Shown in pieces: positions 10,212-18,974 of a stretch of 64,000 nucleotides of DNA (positions are counted from its first letter, which is position 1; every line of letters begins with the position of its first letter). Below the pieces are notes generated by a model. The model made no database searches. It was not told the DNA's origin and was given only the letters and a program-made list of their open reading frames with translations. The DNA is from a virus. A program made the position numbers and the translations under genes. The DNA lies in IMG/VR virus record IMGVR_UViG_3300023184_007611, positions 1 through 64,000 of that record. The stretch is one strand, 5' to 3'.

Positions 10212-10448
10212 ATGAATTTACAAGAATTGCAGCAAGAGGTTTTAGACGCTTCTTTTTCCGTTCACAAATCAAAGTTAGCCTTGCGAAATGCAAGAATTGC
10301 TACTTTGGAATCCCACAAAAGATATAATATTGTTTCAAAGAAATATCAACTTGCGTTAAAAGAGCAAGATAAAATCGCATATGAAGCAGTAGTTAGTGGT
10401 TGTGCAACATTAGCTTGCTCTGCCAGATGTATTGTGAGATTAAGATGA
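10212..10448 (+). CDS. Small hypothetical coiled-coil protein
   Basis: Stop overlaps the next start (ATGA). Confidence 0.55.
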   Translation: MNLQELQQEVLDASFSVHKSKLALRNARIATLESHKRYNIVSKKYQLALKEQDKIAYEAVVSGCATLACSARCIVRLR

Positions 10449-10801
10449 AGGCAGAAGAGTTTGACGAGAAGTTCGACAATAGAGAAGATATATTAAGTTG
10501 TTTGAATATCGGGGAAAACATGACTTTACCACAGGAAAGAACTAGGTCGATTGCACAAACAAGAAAATTCTTAGTTGATCTTGCGTTTAATTTAAAAAGA
10601 ATTCCAAAAGAAGTACGAGAAATGGCTAAGGGATGCTTGCGACATTACCCCGATGTTTCACATATTCAAGAAATGTGCGAAAAATGTCCAGAAATAATGG
10701 ATATGAAAACTACCAATTCTATGATAGAATGTTTTCGTTGGACTGGTGTTGATGATGCTGTTAAATTGAGCAAGAAAATTAAGAAAGAAAGAAAGAAGTA
10801 A
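10445..10801 (+). CDS. BPSL0761-like protein (from ATG 10520) preceded in frame by a BrnA-antitoxin-like N-terminal peptide
   Basis: MTLPQERTRSIAQTRKFL...CLRHYP; upstream MKAEEFDEKFDNREDI. Confidence 0.65.
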   Translation: MKAEEFDEKFDNREDILSCLNIGENMTLPQERTRSIAQTRKFLVDLAFNLKRIPKEVREMAKGCLRHYPDVSHIQEMCEKCPEIMDMKTTNSMIECFRWTGVDDAVKLSKKIKKERKK

Positions 10802-10802
10802 T

Positions 10803-11360
10803 ATGCCTAGGAACTCCAAACCTAAAGAATTGAACTGGGATTTTTTGAGCCAATACTTTGAAGTAGATCCTTCAAGTGTTACTGGATTGACATGGAAAGA
10901 GAGAGAAGAAAGTGTTGGTCGTTGGAATGAACAATATGCTGGAGGACAGGCTGGAACCGTATTTACAGATGAAGACGGAAGAAAATATTGCAGTGTAATG
11001 TTGACTGTAGATGGAGTTGAAAGAAGGGTTTCAACTTGGAGGGCTGTTTACATGATTTCCAAAAAAACAAATATAAAAAAGGGCTTGACCATTGGGCATA
11101 TTGATGGAAATAATTTAAACAATGACATATCCAATTTGAAAGTTTGCCCTCATGTTGAAAATCTAGTCAATTCAAAGATTCACTGTAAAAATACATCTGG
11201 AGTGAAGGGCGTTCATTGGGATCATCGCAAGCAGAGATGGATTGCACAGATAACAGTAAAATCTAAAAAAATAAAGCTTGGAGCATTTTTGACAAAACAA
11301 GAAGCAATTGATGCTAGGGCAGAGGCCGAGAAAAAATATCGAAGTCAATACGCAAGATAA
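10803..11360 (+). CDS. HNH endonuclease with AP2-like DNA-binding domain
   Basis: HIDGNNLNNDISNL; NTSGVKGVHW...WIAQI...LGAF...EAIDAR. Confidence 0.88.
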   Translation: MPRNSKPKELNWDFLSQYFEVDPSSVTGLTWKEREESVGRWNEQYAGGQAGTVFTDEDGRKYCSVMLTVDGVERRVSTWRAVYMISKKTNIKKGLTIGHIDGNNLNNDISNLKVCPHVENLVNSKIHCKNTSGVKGVHWDHRKQRWIAQITVKSKKIKLGAFLTKQEAIDARAEAEKKYRSQYAR

Positions 11361-11381
11361 CATACTTTTTTTGAGGTAGAA

Positions 11382-11759
11382 ATGAAACTTAATTCTCCAG
11401 TTATTGCGATATACATTCTTCTTGCATTGATTCCTATTTCATACTGCATCTATTTAGATACAGAGATGAAAAATAGAATTCAAGATTATGAATATTTGCA
11501 AAGCAAGGCTTTTGTTTTAGAAGACAAGGTAAACTATGAGGGGCTAACGAATTACAACACTGGGTTCAGCGATGGATACGAAAGTGCGAAAAATCAAGAA
11601 AAGTTGATTGGTTGGCAGTCTTCAATTTTGACTAAAGGATATGAAAGTGGAGTTATAAAATGTTACTATGTTTCGAGTGATGGAAAGCAGATAGAGTTTC
11701 CGCTTACGAAATGGATGAGTGTTGAATTTCCTTTAAACAAATGGATACCAAAAAAATGA
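11382..11759 (+). CDS. Hypothetical protein with N-terminal membrane anchor
   Basis: GAGGT RBS; hydrophobic N-terminus. Confidence 0.7.
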   Translation: MKLNSPVIAIYILLALIPISYCIYLDTEMKNRIQDYEYLQSKAFVLEDKVNYEGLTNYNTGFSDGYESAKNQEKLIGWQSSILTKGYESGVIKCYYVSSDGKQIEFPLTKWMSVEFPLNKWIPKK

Positions 11760-12184
11760 TAACGCTTAAGGCTTTGAAAGATATTTTATTGGAAAACGAA
11801 TATGTCCATATGCAGATAATGTTGCCAGATGGTACTTTTGTACCGCCTCATTTTCATGTAACTGAAATCGGCAAAGTTAAAAAAGATTTTGTAGATTGCG
11901 GTGGAACTCTTAGAGAGGTCACTTCTTGTTTGCTTCAGATATTAGTTGCAGATGATGTTGATCATAGACTTACTAGTACAAAATTAAAAACCATATTTGA
12001 CCATGCTAATAAACTTTTTTGTTCTGAAGATATTTTTGTGGAAATGGAATATGAACAAGAGTTTATTTCGCAGTTCCCAATAGCAGAAATAGAAATAACA
12101 CCATCTGGTTTATTGTATGTTTTAGGTAAAAAGCATACTGCTTGTCTCGCTCCAGATAAGTGTGGAATTGGAAAGTGTTGTTAA
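11756..12184 (+). CDS. DUF6428-family protein
   Basis: VPPHFHVTEIG...FVDCGG...HRL...KHTACLA...CC. Confidence 0.8.
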   Translation: MITLKALKDILLENEYVHMQIMLPDGTFVPPHFHVTEIGKVKKDFVDCGGTLREVTSCLLQILVADDVDHRLTSTKLKTIFDHANKLFCSEDIFVEMEYEQEFISQFPIAEIEITPSGLLYVLGKKHTACLAPDKCGIGKCC

Positions 12185-12412
12185 ATGATTGTATTTTTTA
12201 TATTAATGCCGATAACTATTATTGGCATTTTATTATATTTATCATATTTAACATTTAAATTATTGGTAGAAGTTGTTAAATTGAAAAAACTTCGTAAAAA
12301 TGTTGAATCTGAAAAAAGATTTCCGAAGATAAAGCTAAAAATAAATAAGGCGGTTTTAAGAAAAAAAATCAAAAAAGGAAGATTCACAAGTTTGATAAAT
12401 TCAAAAGGTTAA
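12185..12412 (+). CDS. Small membrane protein with basic tail
   Basis: N-terminal hydrophobic helix. Confidence 0.5.
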   Translation: MIVFFILMPITIIGILLYLSYLTFKLLVEVVKLKKLRKNVESEKRFPKIKLKINKAVLRKKIKKGRFTSLINSKG

Positions 12413-12414
12413 AA

Positions 12415-13317
12415 ATGACATTAGAAAATGTAGTTGGATTTTTAGCAAATACAGGAAAAACAAAACTTGCAATTGAAGTTGTTGATCACTTTTCAGAACA
12501 TTCAAAAGATTTAAACAATTACATTGAATTATCAAAAGCATATTTTTCAATTCATGAATATGATAAAGCAATAGATGTTTGTAAAAAAACACTTTCGATG
12601 ACATTTGATTATAATGTAAAAAATGAAATTTTAAATAACATGGTCAGAATTTATTTTTTTGCCAATATGAACGAAGAAGCATTGAAAATTTTAAATAATT
12701 TGCCTACCACTCCAGATGTTTTAGTCATGAAAGCCGACATATTAAACGCAATGGAACATAAAAAAGAAGTTTCTATGACTGGTTATTGGAGTTTAAAATT
12801 AGCAGAAACACATATTTTTTGTGAAGAGTTAGCAGAATGGATAAGTAATTATCTTGATAACAATAAAACACTTTATGATTTTGGATGTGGAATTGGCAGT
12901 TATTTAAAATATTTAAAAAACAAAGGATTCGTTGATTTGACTGGTTACGAAGGCGAAGTACCAAATAAAGAATTTTCAAATATATTAAAACAAGATTTAT
13001 CAGAAAGTTTTAAAGTAAATAAAAAAGGAAATGTGATTTGTTTAGAAGTTGGTGAACATATTCCAAAACAATATAAAGATGTGTTTTTAGATAATATTTG
13101 TAATGCTTGTGATAACAAGTTAATATTGTCTTGGGCTATAAGAGGTCAATATAGTTCTTCTCATATTAATTGTTTGAACAATGATGAAGTAATATCAGAG
13201 ATTGAAAAAAGAGGATTTCTTTATTTGAAAGAAGATTCTACAAAAGCAAGAAATATTATAAAGCCAGATGGGTGTAATTGGTTTTGTAATACTATTTTAA
13301 TATATGAAAAACTATAA
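12415..13317 (+). CDS. TPR-like domain plus class I SAM methyltransferase
   Basis: LYDFGCGIG, CLEVGEHIP; N-terminus resembles that of 4147..5571. Confidence 0.85.
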   Translation: MTLENVVGFLANTGKTKLAIEVVDHFSEHSKDLNNYIELSKAYFSIHEYDKAIDVCKKTLSMTFDYNVKNEILNNMVRIYFFANMNEEALKILNNLPTTPDVLVMKADILNAMEHKKEVSMTGYWSLKLAETHIFCEELAEWISNYLDNNKTLYDFGCGIGSYLKYLKNKGFVDLTGYEGEVPNKEFSNILKQDLSESFKVNKKGNVICLEVGEHIPKQYKDVFLDNICNACDNKLILSWAIRGQYSSSHINCLNNDEVISEIEKRGFLYLKEDSTKARNIIKPDGCNWFCNTILIYEKL

Positions 13318-13495
13318 AAAAGAATTTGAAGAATTAAAAGAAATTTCAATAAAACTTGCTGCAATTGCAAGAAATAATGCAGTTTACAAAAGTTCAACTA
13401 CAGACCTTTATAACAATTGTATAAAGAAGATGTTTGATCTTGGATGTTTTCCAAAAGAATTTGATCAAGAAATTCTTATAGATGATTTAAGGTAA
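13304..13495 (+). CDS. Small hypothetical protein
   Basis: Fills the gap between flanking genes. Confidence 0.5.
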   Translation: MKNYKKEFEELKEISIKLAAIARNNAVYKSSTTDLYNNCIKKMFDLGCFPKEFDQEILIDDLR

Positions 13496-13496
13496 A

Positions 13497-14174
13497 ATGG
13501 AAATATTAGAACCAACACTTAACTGGAACTATAACACAGAAGTAAGTAATTCTTATATTATCACTATCAAAGATCATAAGAATTCAGAGCTTATGGGGCA
13601 ACGATGTCTTGAGTCTTGTGGTAGGGTTGGTCAAAAAGCAGTTATATGGGATGCCTTTGATGGTACTGGTGAAAAAATTAAAGTCCCAGAACATGCTAGA
13701 AATACTAATTGGTTAAAGTGGTTAAAATTAACAAATTACAGTTTAACTAAACCAGAAATTTGTTGTTGGCTTTCTCATTTTTCTCTTTGGTGTAAGTGCA
13801 TAGAAGAAGACATGCCTTTGGTAGCACTAGAACATGATGCTATTATGCTTCAACCTTTTACGCATCACAATGTTTTCAATTCAATTGTTTATTTGGGCAG
13901 CAGCGAACAGGTTAAAAGTAATTATTGGAATCCCATACCACCACACGCACAAATGGGTCATAATTATCGTTATATTCTCAGAACACACGCTTACTCAATT
14001 GATCCATTAATCGCTAAAAATTTGGTATCTCATGCGATTGAAAGAGGAATCTACACTGCAGTTGATGTAATGATGAAGATGCAAGAGTTTTCAATAGTAT
14101 CATTTGGTATTTTTGCAGCAGACATGGCAGGAGAAACTACCATATATGAACATGATGTTCCCTTTAAGGCTTAA
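13497..14174 (+). CDS. GT25-like glycosyltransferase
   Basis: YIITI, DAFDG, EICCWLSHFSLW, LEHDA, THAYSI. Confidence 0.75.
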   Translation: MEILEPTLNWNYNTEVSNSYIITIKDHKNSELMGQRCLESCGRVGQKAVIWDAFDGTGEKIKVPEHARNTNWLKWLKLTNYSLTKPEICCWLSHFSLWCKCIEEDMPLVALEHDAIMLQPFTHHNVFNSIVYLGSSEQVKSNYWNPIPPHAQMGHNYRYILRTHAYSIDPLIAKNLVSHAIERGIYTAVDVMMKMQEFSIVSFGIFAADMAGETTIYEHDVPFKA

Positions 14175-14176
14175 CA

Positions 14177-14890
14177 ATGGAAAAACTAAAAGAAACATTA
14201 AATTTCAATTATAATACAGAAATAGAATCTGCATATATCATTACGATAAAGGATCATGAGCTTTCGGAGTCGATGTCTAGAAGATGTGCGGAAAGCTGTG
14301 AGAAAGTTGGAATGCCATATAAAGTATCAGAAGCATTCAATGGAACTACTGGAGAAATAATAGTTCCAGAAAATTTGAAAAATCAAAATTGGTTAAAGTG
14401 GGTTAAAGTTGTAAATGAAGCTTTAGCATTTACTGAAATTTGTAATGTTTTAAGTCATGTTGCACTTTGGGCACATTGTGTTGAAATAGATAGACCAATT
14501 ATTGCTTTAGAGCATGATGCAATTGTTTTGCAAAACTTCACACATCATCCAGCATTTAATGCGATTATATATTTGGGAAGCATTGAGCAGCTTCAAAATA
14601 ATTATTGGGGTAGTATTCCAATTCATGGTCAGTTGAATTGCAATTATAGATTTTGTTTAAGAACACATTCTTATTCTATTGATCCAGTGATGGCAAAACG
14701 GCTTTTATCTAGTATTGTGAAAAATGGTATTACGACATCAATTGATGTAATGCTTAGAAGTGATATTTATACAATATTACAATTTGGAATATTTGCTTAT
14801 GATCAGGCAGATGGAGTTAGCACATCACCAGAAAAAGATGACAAGAAAAAAGATCCTAGACTTATGAGGATTAATAATAAGATTTTGTAA
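14177..14890 (+). CDS. GT25-like glycosyltransferase (tandem paralog)
   Basis: Colinear similarity to 13497..14174 (LSHVALW, LEHDA, RTHSYSIDP). Confidence 0.75.
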   Translation: MEKLKETLNFNYNTEIESAYIITIKDHELSESMSRRCAESCEKVGMPYKVSEAFNGTTGEIIVPENLKNQNWLKWVKVVNEALAFTEICNVLSHVALWAHCVEIDRPIIALEHDAIVLQNFTHHPAFNAIIYLGSIEQLQNNYWGSIPIHGQLNCNYRFCLRTHSYSIDPVMAKRLLSSIVKNGITTSIDVMLRSDIYTILQFGIFAYDQADGVSTSPEKDDKKKDPRLMRINNKIL

Positions 14891-14896
14891 AATTAA

Positions 14897-15247
14897 TTAT
14901 CTGAAAGCGTTGTCAGATTGATTTTTACCAGTTGCAAATCTTTCTGCATCTGACATATTTTCTTTCTTTATTAAATTTTTTATTTTTATTTCAAGACCAA
15001 ATGCAAAGTCTGTATCGGAAGCTTTTATAATTTCATTTTTAACTGTATTATATTGTAATTTTTTAAAGCTTAGGTTTTTTCCAAAAGGATTTTCCATGAC
15101 TTTTATTGATTTGTAAAAAGAAATCAAAAGATCATCTGTTATTTTAGATGGAAGTGGTAACTTTTTTAAGTCATTAATGGTATCAGGATCAACTGTCATC
15201 CAGTTTTCAAATATATCTCTGTTTTCAACATAAATTTTAAATTTCAT
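14897..15247 (-). CDS. Hypothetical protein with MKFKIYVE leader
   Basis: ORF; shared N-terminal motif. Confidence 0.7.
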   Translation of the reverse strand: MKFKIYVENRDIFENWMTVDPDTINDLKKLPLPSKITDDLLISFYKSIKVMENPFGKNLSFKKLQYNTVKNEIIKASDTDFAFGLEIKIKNLIKKENMSDAERFATGKNQSDNAFR

Positions 15248-15285
15248 AATATTATTTATTGTTTATATTCAAAATAATATTAAGA

Positions 15286-15353
15286 TTCCCTTAATTAAAG
15301 AATATCCTTAGTTAAGGGAAAGCGGTTTGTGTGAACTAAGGAATGTTCTTAGT
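15286..15353. repeat. Two related inverted repeats (terminator or operator pair)
   Basis: ttcccttaattaaaga-ata-tccttagttaagggaa (15286-15320) and actaagga-atg-ttcttagt (15335-15353). Confidence 0.7.
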
Positions 15354-15374
15354 ACAGTAAAGTGTAGTAAGGAA

Positions 15375-15803
15375 TTATATTTCTTTGTCCAATATCTCTA
15401 AAGGACTATGTTCACTTAAGATTTTTCCTTGTTCATGCCTTGCTTCTTCATCTATTGGTTCTGCTTTACATATAAATTGTTTGTCTCCAACCCAAACAAG
15501 GAATTCATCATTAGAACCTTCTCTCTTTTTAATGGCTAATTGTAATTCAAGTTTTCCTTGTTTTGTATCTATATGAAGAAAATCAGAGCCTTCTTCGTAT
15601 AGAGATGAGCTATTCCAAACTTTTGCATTCCAGTTTGACCTGAAGTTCCAAGTTTCTTCTTTTAAAATTTTATTTCCATGATCTACATCTGCAAAAAATC
15701 TCTCTGAACAACAGAGTGGGCAAAAAGCGTTTTTTGGTAATTCTCCTTTAAAGTACCTATTATCTGTAAATGTAACTCCACAATCTTCGCAATCTCTTTC
15801 CAT
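15375..15803 (-). CDS. Zinc-ribbon-containing hypothetical protein
   Basis: CEDC...CPLC; AAGGAG RBS. Confidence 0.75.
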   Translation of the reverse strand: MERDCEDCGVTFTDNRYFKGELPKNAFCPLCCSERFFADVDHGNKILKEETWNFRSNWNAKVWNSSSLYEEGSDFLHIDTKQGKLELQLAIKKREGSNDEFLVWVGDKQFICKAEPIDEEARHEQGKILSEHSPLEILDKEI

Positions 15804-15815
15804 TGTAGTTCTCCT

Positions 15816-16250
15816 TTAGCTAGCTGTTAGTTGTTTGTATTCTTCTCGAATTTTTTCAAGATTTTCAATTACTTCTATACCATTCAGACCTAATTCCTTT
15901 ATTCTTTTTAAAACATATTCATCTTTTGTTGGTTCTCCTTTCATAAGAAACCTATGGGCAGTCGATTTAACCGCCCTAATTTCGATTATTATTTCATTGT
16001 TGCCATCTGCATCAAGTTTGTATTTCTTGACAATTTTGACTGGTTCTGCTTCGATTTCGCCAGTTTCGAGATTAACGAAATCACCACCTGCTTCAAGTAC
16101 TTTGTTAGTGACATCTATATCTCTTTCATCCATTCCAAATTCGTCTAAAGTCAATGGTATTCCCATTAAATCAGCCATTTTATCCATGGGTATGATGTAA
16201 TACCTGCTGCAATTGCAATTTAAAATGTTTTCTTCATCTTCTCGAATCAT
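15816..16250 (-). CDS. Hypothetical protein
   Basis: AAGGAG RBS. Confidence 0.75.
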   Translation of the reverse strand: MIREDEENILNCNCSRYYIIPMDKMADLMGIPLTLDEFGMDERDIDVTNKVLEAGGDFVNLETGEIEAEPVKIVKKYKLDADGNNEIIIEIRAVKSTAHRFLMKGEPTKDEYVLKRIKELGLNGIEVIENLEKIREEYKQLTAS

Positions 16251-16424
16251 TTTGATTCTCCTTTGGTTAAAGTTTTTCTTGCTATCATGTTATTCGTTTT
16301 AAATAGGAAAAGTTTCAATTAAAAATGAATATTTTCCCAAAATAAATTTTTATCTACTTATACGGGACAGGATATTGCCTATTTGTAGTGGAAAAATAAT
16401 TATTTTTTGATTATAATAATTTTT

Positions 16425-16497
16425 GCCCCTATAGCTCAGGAGATAGAGCAATAAATTTCTAATTTATTGGTCGCAGGTGCGAATCCTGCTAGGGGTA
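16425..16497 (+). tRNA. tRNA-Arg(UCU), CCA not encoded
   Basis: Acceptor GCCCCTA/TAGGGGT+A; D arm GCTC/GAGC; anticodon stem ATAAA/TTTAT with loop TT-TCT-AA; T arm GCAGG-TGCGAAT-CCTGC. Confidence 0.92.
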
Positions 16498-16500
16498 CTT

Positions 16501-16558
16501 GCCCCGATCATATGGCGAAATGGTCGAATTCCGTTGTTTTTCAGATATGATCGGGGTA
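16501..16558 (+). ncRNA. tRNA-like minihelix hairpin of unknown function
   Basis: 13-bp stem GCCCCGATCATAT/ATATGATCGGGGT+A, 3 nt after the tRNA. Confidence 0.45.
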
Positions 16559-16568
16559 ATTCACAGCA

Positions 16569-16597
16569 AACTACTAATTTTTTGCAAATTAGTAGTT
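16569..16597. terminator. Hairpin or terminator after the tRNA locus
   Basis: aactactaattt...aaattagtagtt inverted repeat. Confidence 0.6.
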
Positions 16598-16621
16598 CGT
16601 CATAATTCATAGGAAAAAATA

Positions 16622-17203
16622 GTGGATTTAGAAAAAACATATCAAGAAAAGTTTGGGAAAGAGACTGGTGTTAGGTCATTAGGATGGAGTAATGAACACA
16701 CTCAGAAAATAAGATTTAAGATATTGATGGAAATATCTGGATTGGAGATCACGGATAGTGTTTTGGATGTTGGTTGTGGTCATGGTGATTTGAGCTATCA
16801 TTTTGATGATTATCTTGGAATTGATTTGCGAAATTCTGCCATCATTACCGCTAAGCAAAAGTATGAGGATAAATGGAAGGGCTTGTTTCAAGGGAATTTC
16901 TTAAATCAATCTGTGTTTGAAACTGAAGGCGAATTTGATTGGTGTTTTGCATCTGGAATTTTTGCGTTTAAAGATAATTGGGAAGAAATAACACAAAATA
17001 CAATTCAGAAAATGTTTAGCTTATGCAAAAAAGGAATTGCTTTCAATTTGCTTTCTGATTCTTGTGAGAACAAAGATGTTGATATGAAACATTGTACAAC
17101 AGATGATGTTTCATTTTTGATGAAATTAATTACTGAAAAGTATGTAATAAGGAATGATTACTTACCAAATGATCTTACTGTTTACGCCTATAAGATTAAT
17201 TAA
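16622..17203 (+). CDS. Class I SAM methyltransferase
   Basis: SLGW...Q.IRF, SVLDVGCGHGDL, ASGIF; GTG start with AGGA RBS. Confidence 0.85.
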   Translation: MDLEKTYQEKFGKETGVRSLGWSNEHTQKIRFKILMEISGLEITDSVLDVGCGHGDLSYHFDDYLGIDLRNSAIITAKQKYEDKWKGLFQGNFLNQSVFETEGEFDWCFASGIFAFKDNWEEITQNTIQKMFSLCKKGIAFNLLSDSCENKDVDMKHCTTDDVSFLMKLITEKYVIRNDYLPNDLTVYAYKIN

Positions 17204-17961
17204 ATTAAAACATTTAATTTAATCAACCTTTCAATTGTTTTATTAATATTAACTGTATTTAATTTATTTACATTATTAAAATTAAACCATAAAGCATTTT
17301 TTGGATCAGTAAAATCATTTGTCATATATGGTTTTTGACCAATGTAACAATTTATTCCATTTGCTATACGCATAAAGTTAAACCAAATATCATCACCAGT
17401 TTCACAACATTCTGTGTAAATTTTTCTTTTAAAAATAATATCTTTTGTTTTATTAAAAAATTTAGGATGATACAAGACACCTGCTTTTCCAACATGGAAA
17501 TTAAATAGACTATTATTTGTTAAACTTGCTCTTATATCATAATCTATTTTATTTTCATTATTTTCCATCATTGTAAATCCTCTATAAGATATACAACAAT
17601 TTTTTTCTTTGTAATCATTAACATAATTTTCTATTAATGAAGGGTGATATTCAGTATCGTCATCTATTGTTATAATTAAACAATCTTCTTCTAATTTTTT
17701 TTTCAACAAAGGCAATAGTTTTCTATATGGACCTATGTTTTTACACCATTTGATTTTAAAAAGTTCATTTTTTTTTAAAAAAACACTTAAGTCCGCTTTG
17801 ATTATTTTGTTTTTAAAGCCTTCGTCTAAAAGATAAGGTTCTTCAGATAAATAAATTATGCATTGGCTTGGCTTTAATGTTTGTTTTTTTATGCTTTTTA
17901 ATGTTTTCAAAAGAATATTTTGATTTTGAAATATACTAGTTAAAGATATGTATATTTTCAT
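17200..17961 (-). CDS. GT-A fold (GT2-like) glycosyltransferase
   Basis: ISLTSI, IGPYRKLLP, IITIDDD, GDDIW. Confidence 0.8.
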   Translation of the reverse strand: MKIYISLTSIFQNQNILLKTLKSIKKQTLKPSQCIIYLSEEPYLLDEGFKNKIIKADLSVFLKKNELFKIKWCKNIGPYRKLLPLLKKKLEEDCLIITIDDDTEYHPSLIENYVNDYKEKNCCISYRGFTMMENNENKIDYDIRASLTNNSLFNFHVGKAGVLYHPKFFNKTKDIIFKRKIYTECCETGDDIWFNFMRIANGINCYIGQKPYMTNDFTDPKNALWFNFNNVNKLNTVNINKTIERLIKLNVLI

Positions 17962-18569
17962 AATACCTCTAAAAATCTATGTTTATATTTTTCACATTCT
18001 ACTTTAGAGAAAACATATTCTTTCACAGCTTTTTCATGTATGTAAAATTCACACAAATTATTTATATCTTGCAAATTTGTATCATCCATAATGATTACGC
18101 TTTTTGAATTGCATAAGCTTAAGCAAAAATTCAAATCTTTTTCTGCTTGTTTTACATTGTGATCTCCATCTATATGGATTATATCGAATTTTAATTTCAT
18201 TTCAATTAATTCTGGCAATGCTATTGTTGAGTTTTTTAATATAAGTTTTATATTTTTGTAATCCTTGCATATTTGCTTGTAACATGGTATTACATAAGAG
18301 TGACTATTTATGTCTATACAAGTCATGTTTATTTCTGGATCAATTATTTTCATTAGCAATGTCGAGAAACCAGCATTGAATCCTATTTCTAATATATTTT
18401 TAGGTTTAAGTAATTCTATAAGATTTACAATGTTTTTTTGCTTGTAAAACATTGCAGGTTCTTTTGTTTTTTTTAAATGACTAGAGTAAAAATTACCTTC
18501 AAGAGGATCATTAATTAAATTAAGTAAGTTTTTTTCTATGTATTCTTGCCAAGTATTTATAAAATTCAT
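17958..18569 (-). CDS. Methyltransferase (Methyltransf_24-like)
   Basis: ILEIGFNAGFS, FDIIHIDGDH, IIMDD. Confidence 0.85.
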   Translation of the reverse strand: MNFINTWQEYIEKNLLNLINDPLEGNFYSSHLKKTKEPAMFYKQKNIVNLIELLKPKNILEIGFNAGFSTLLMKIIDPEINMTCIDINSHSYVIPCYKQICKDYKNIKLILKNSTIALPELIEMKLKFDIIHIDGDHNVKQAEKDLNFCLSLCNSKSVIIMDDTNLQDINNLCEFYIHEKAVKEYVFSKVECEKYKHRFLEVL

Positions 18570-18584
18570 ATAATTTTCTTATAA

Positions 18585-18923
18585 TTAGCAGCGACATTTC
18601 CAAACCCTTAAAGCTGCATTAATTTTGCTATTTGGGTCATTAGCAGTTTCTGCTGATGTATTTTTCTTTTTGTGACCGCACATTCTGGCACAGAATGATT
18701 TTCTTCTTGCTTTTGTTTTTTTTGACATTTTATCAACGCCACCTTTTTTTTCGGCTTCACGCTTAGTTTCTATTCCTGCGTGGATACCTAATTTTTTGGC
18801 GTAGGATGGTTTGAGTCCACCTTCTGGATGGTTTTTTTCTTTGTTGAAATTTTTGAATGGTTTTTTAGTTTCATCCAACATTTCAGGATCACGATTTTGC
18901 AGCCATTCTTTAAAGTTTTGCAT
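18585..18923 (-). CDS. Basic phage protein (DUF6321-like) with MQNFKEWL leader
   Basis: GGL...RRKSFCARM...DPNSKINAALRVWKC. Confidence 0.75.
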   Translation of the reverse strand: MQNFKEWLQNRDPEMLDETKKPFKNFNKEKNHPEGGLKPSYAKKLGIHAGIETKREAEKKGGVDKMSKKTKARRKSFCARMCGHKKKNTSAETANDPNSKINAALRVWKCRC

Positions 18924-18974
18924 AATATTTATATATATTAAAACAATGTAATTTTAATACAAATAAGGTTTGAA

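Noticed and set aside
16456-16462. CTA in the anticodon loop suggesting an amber suppressor and TAG recoding
   Set aside because: The 7-nt loop register gives TCT at 34-36. Conserved genes are uninterrupted in code 11 and TAG serves as a normal stop (e.g. 3051, 31865, 51232).
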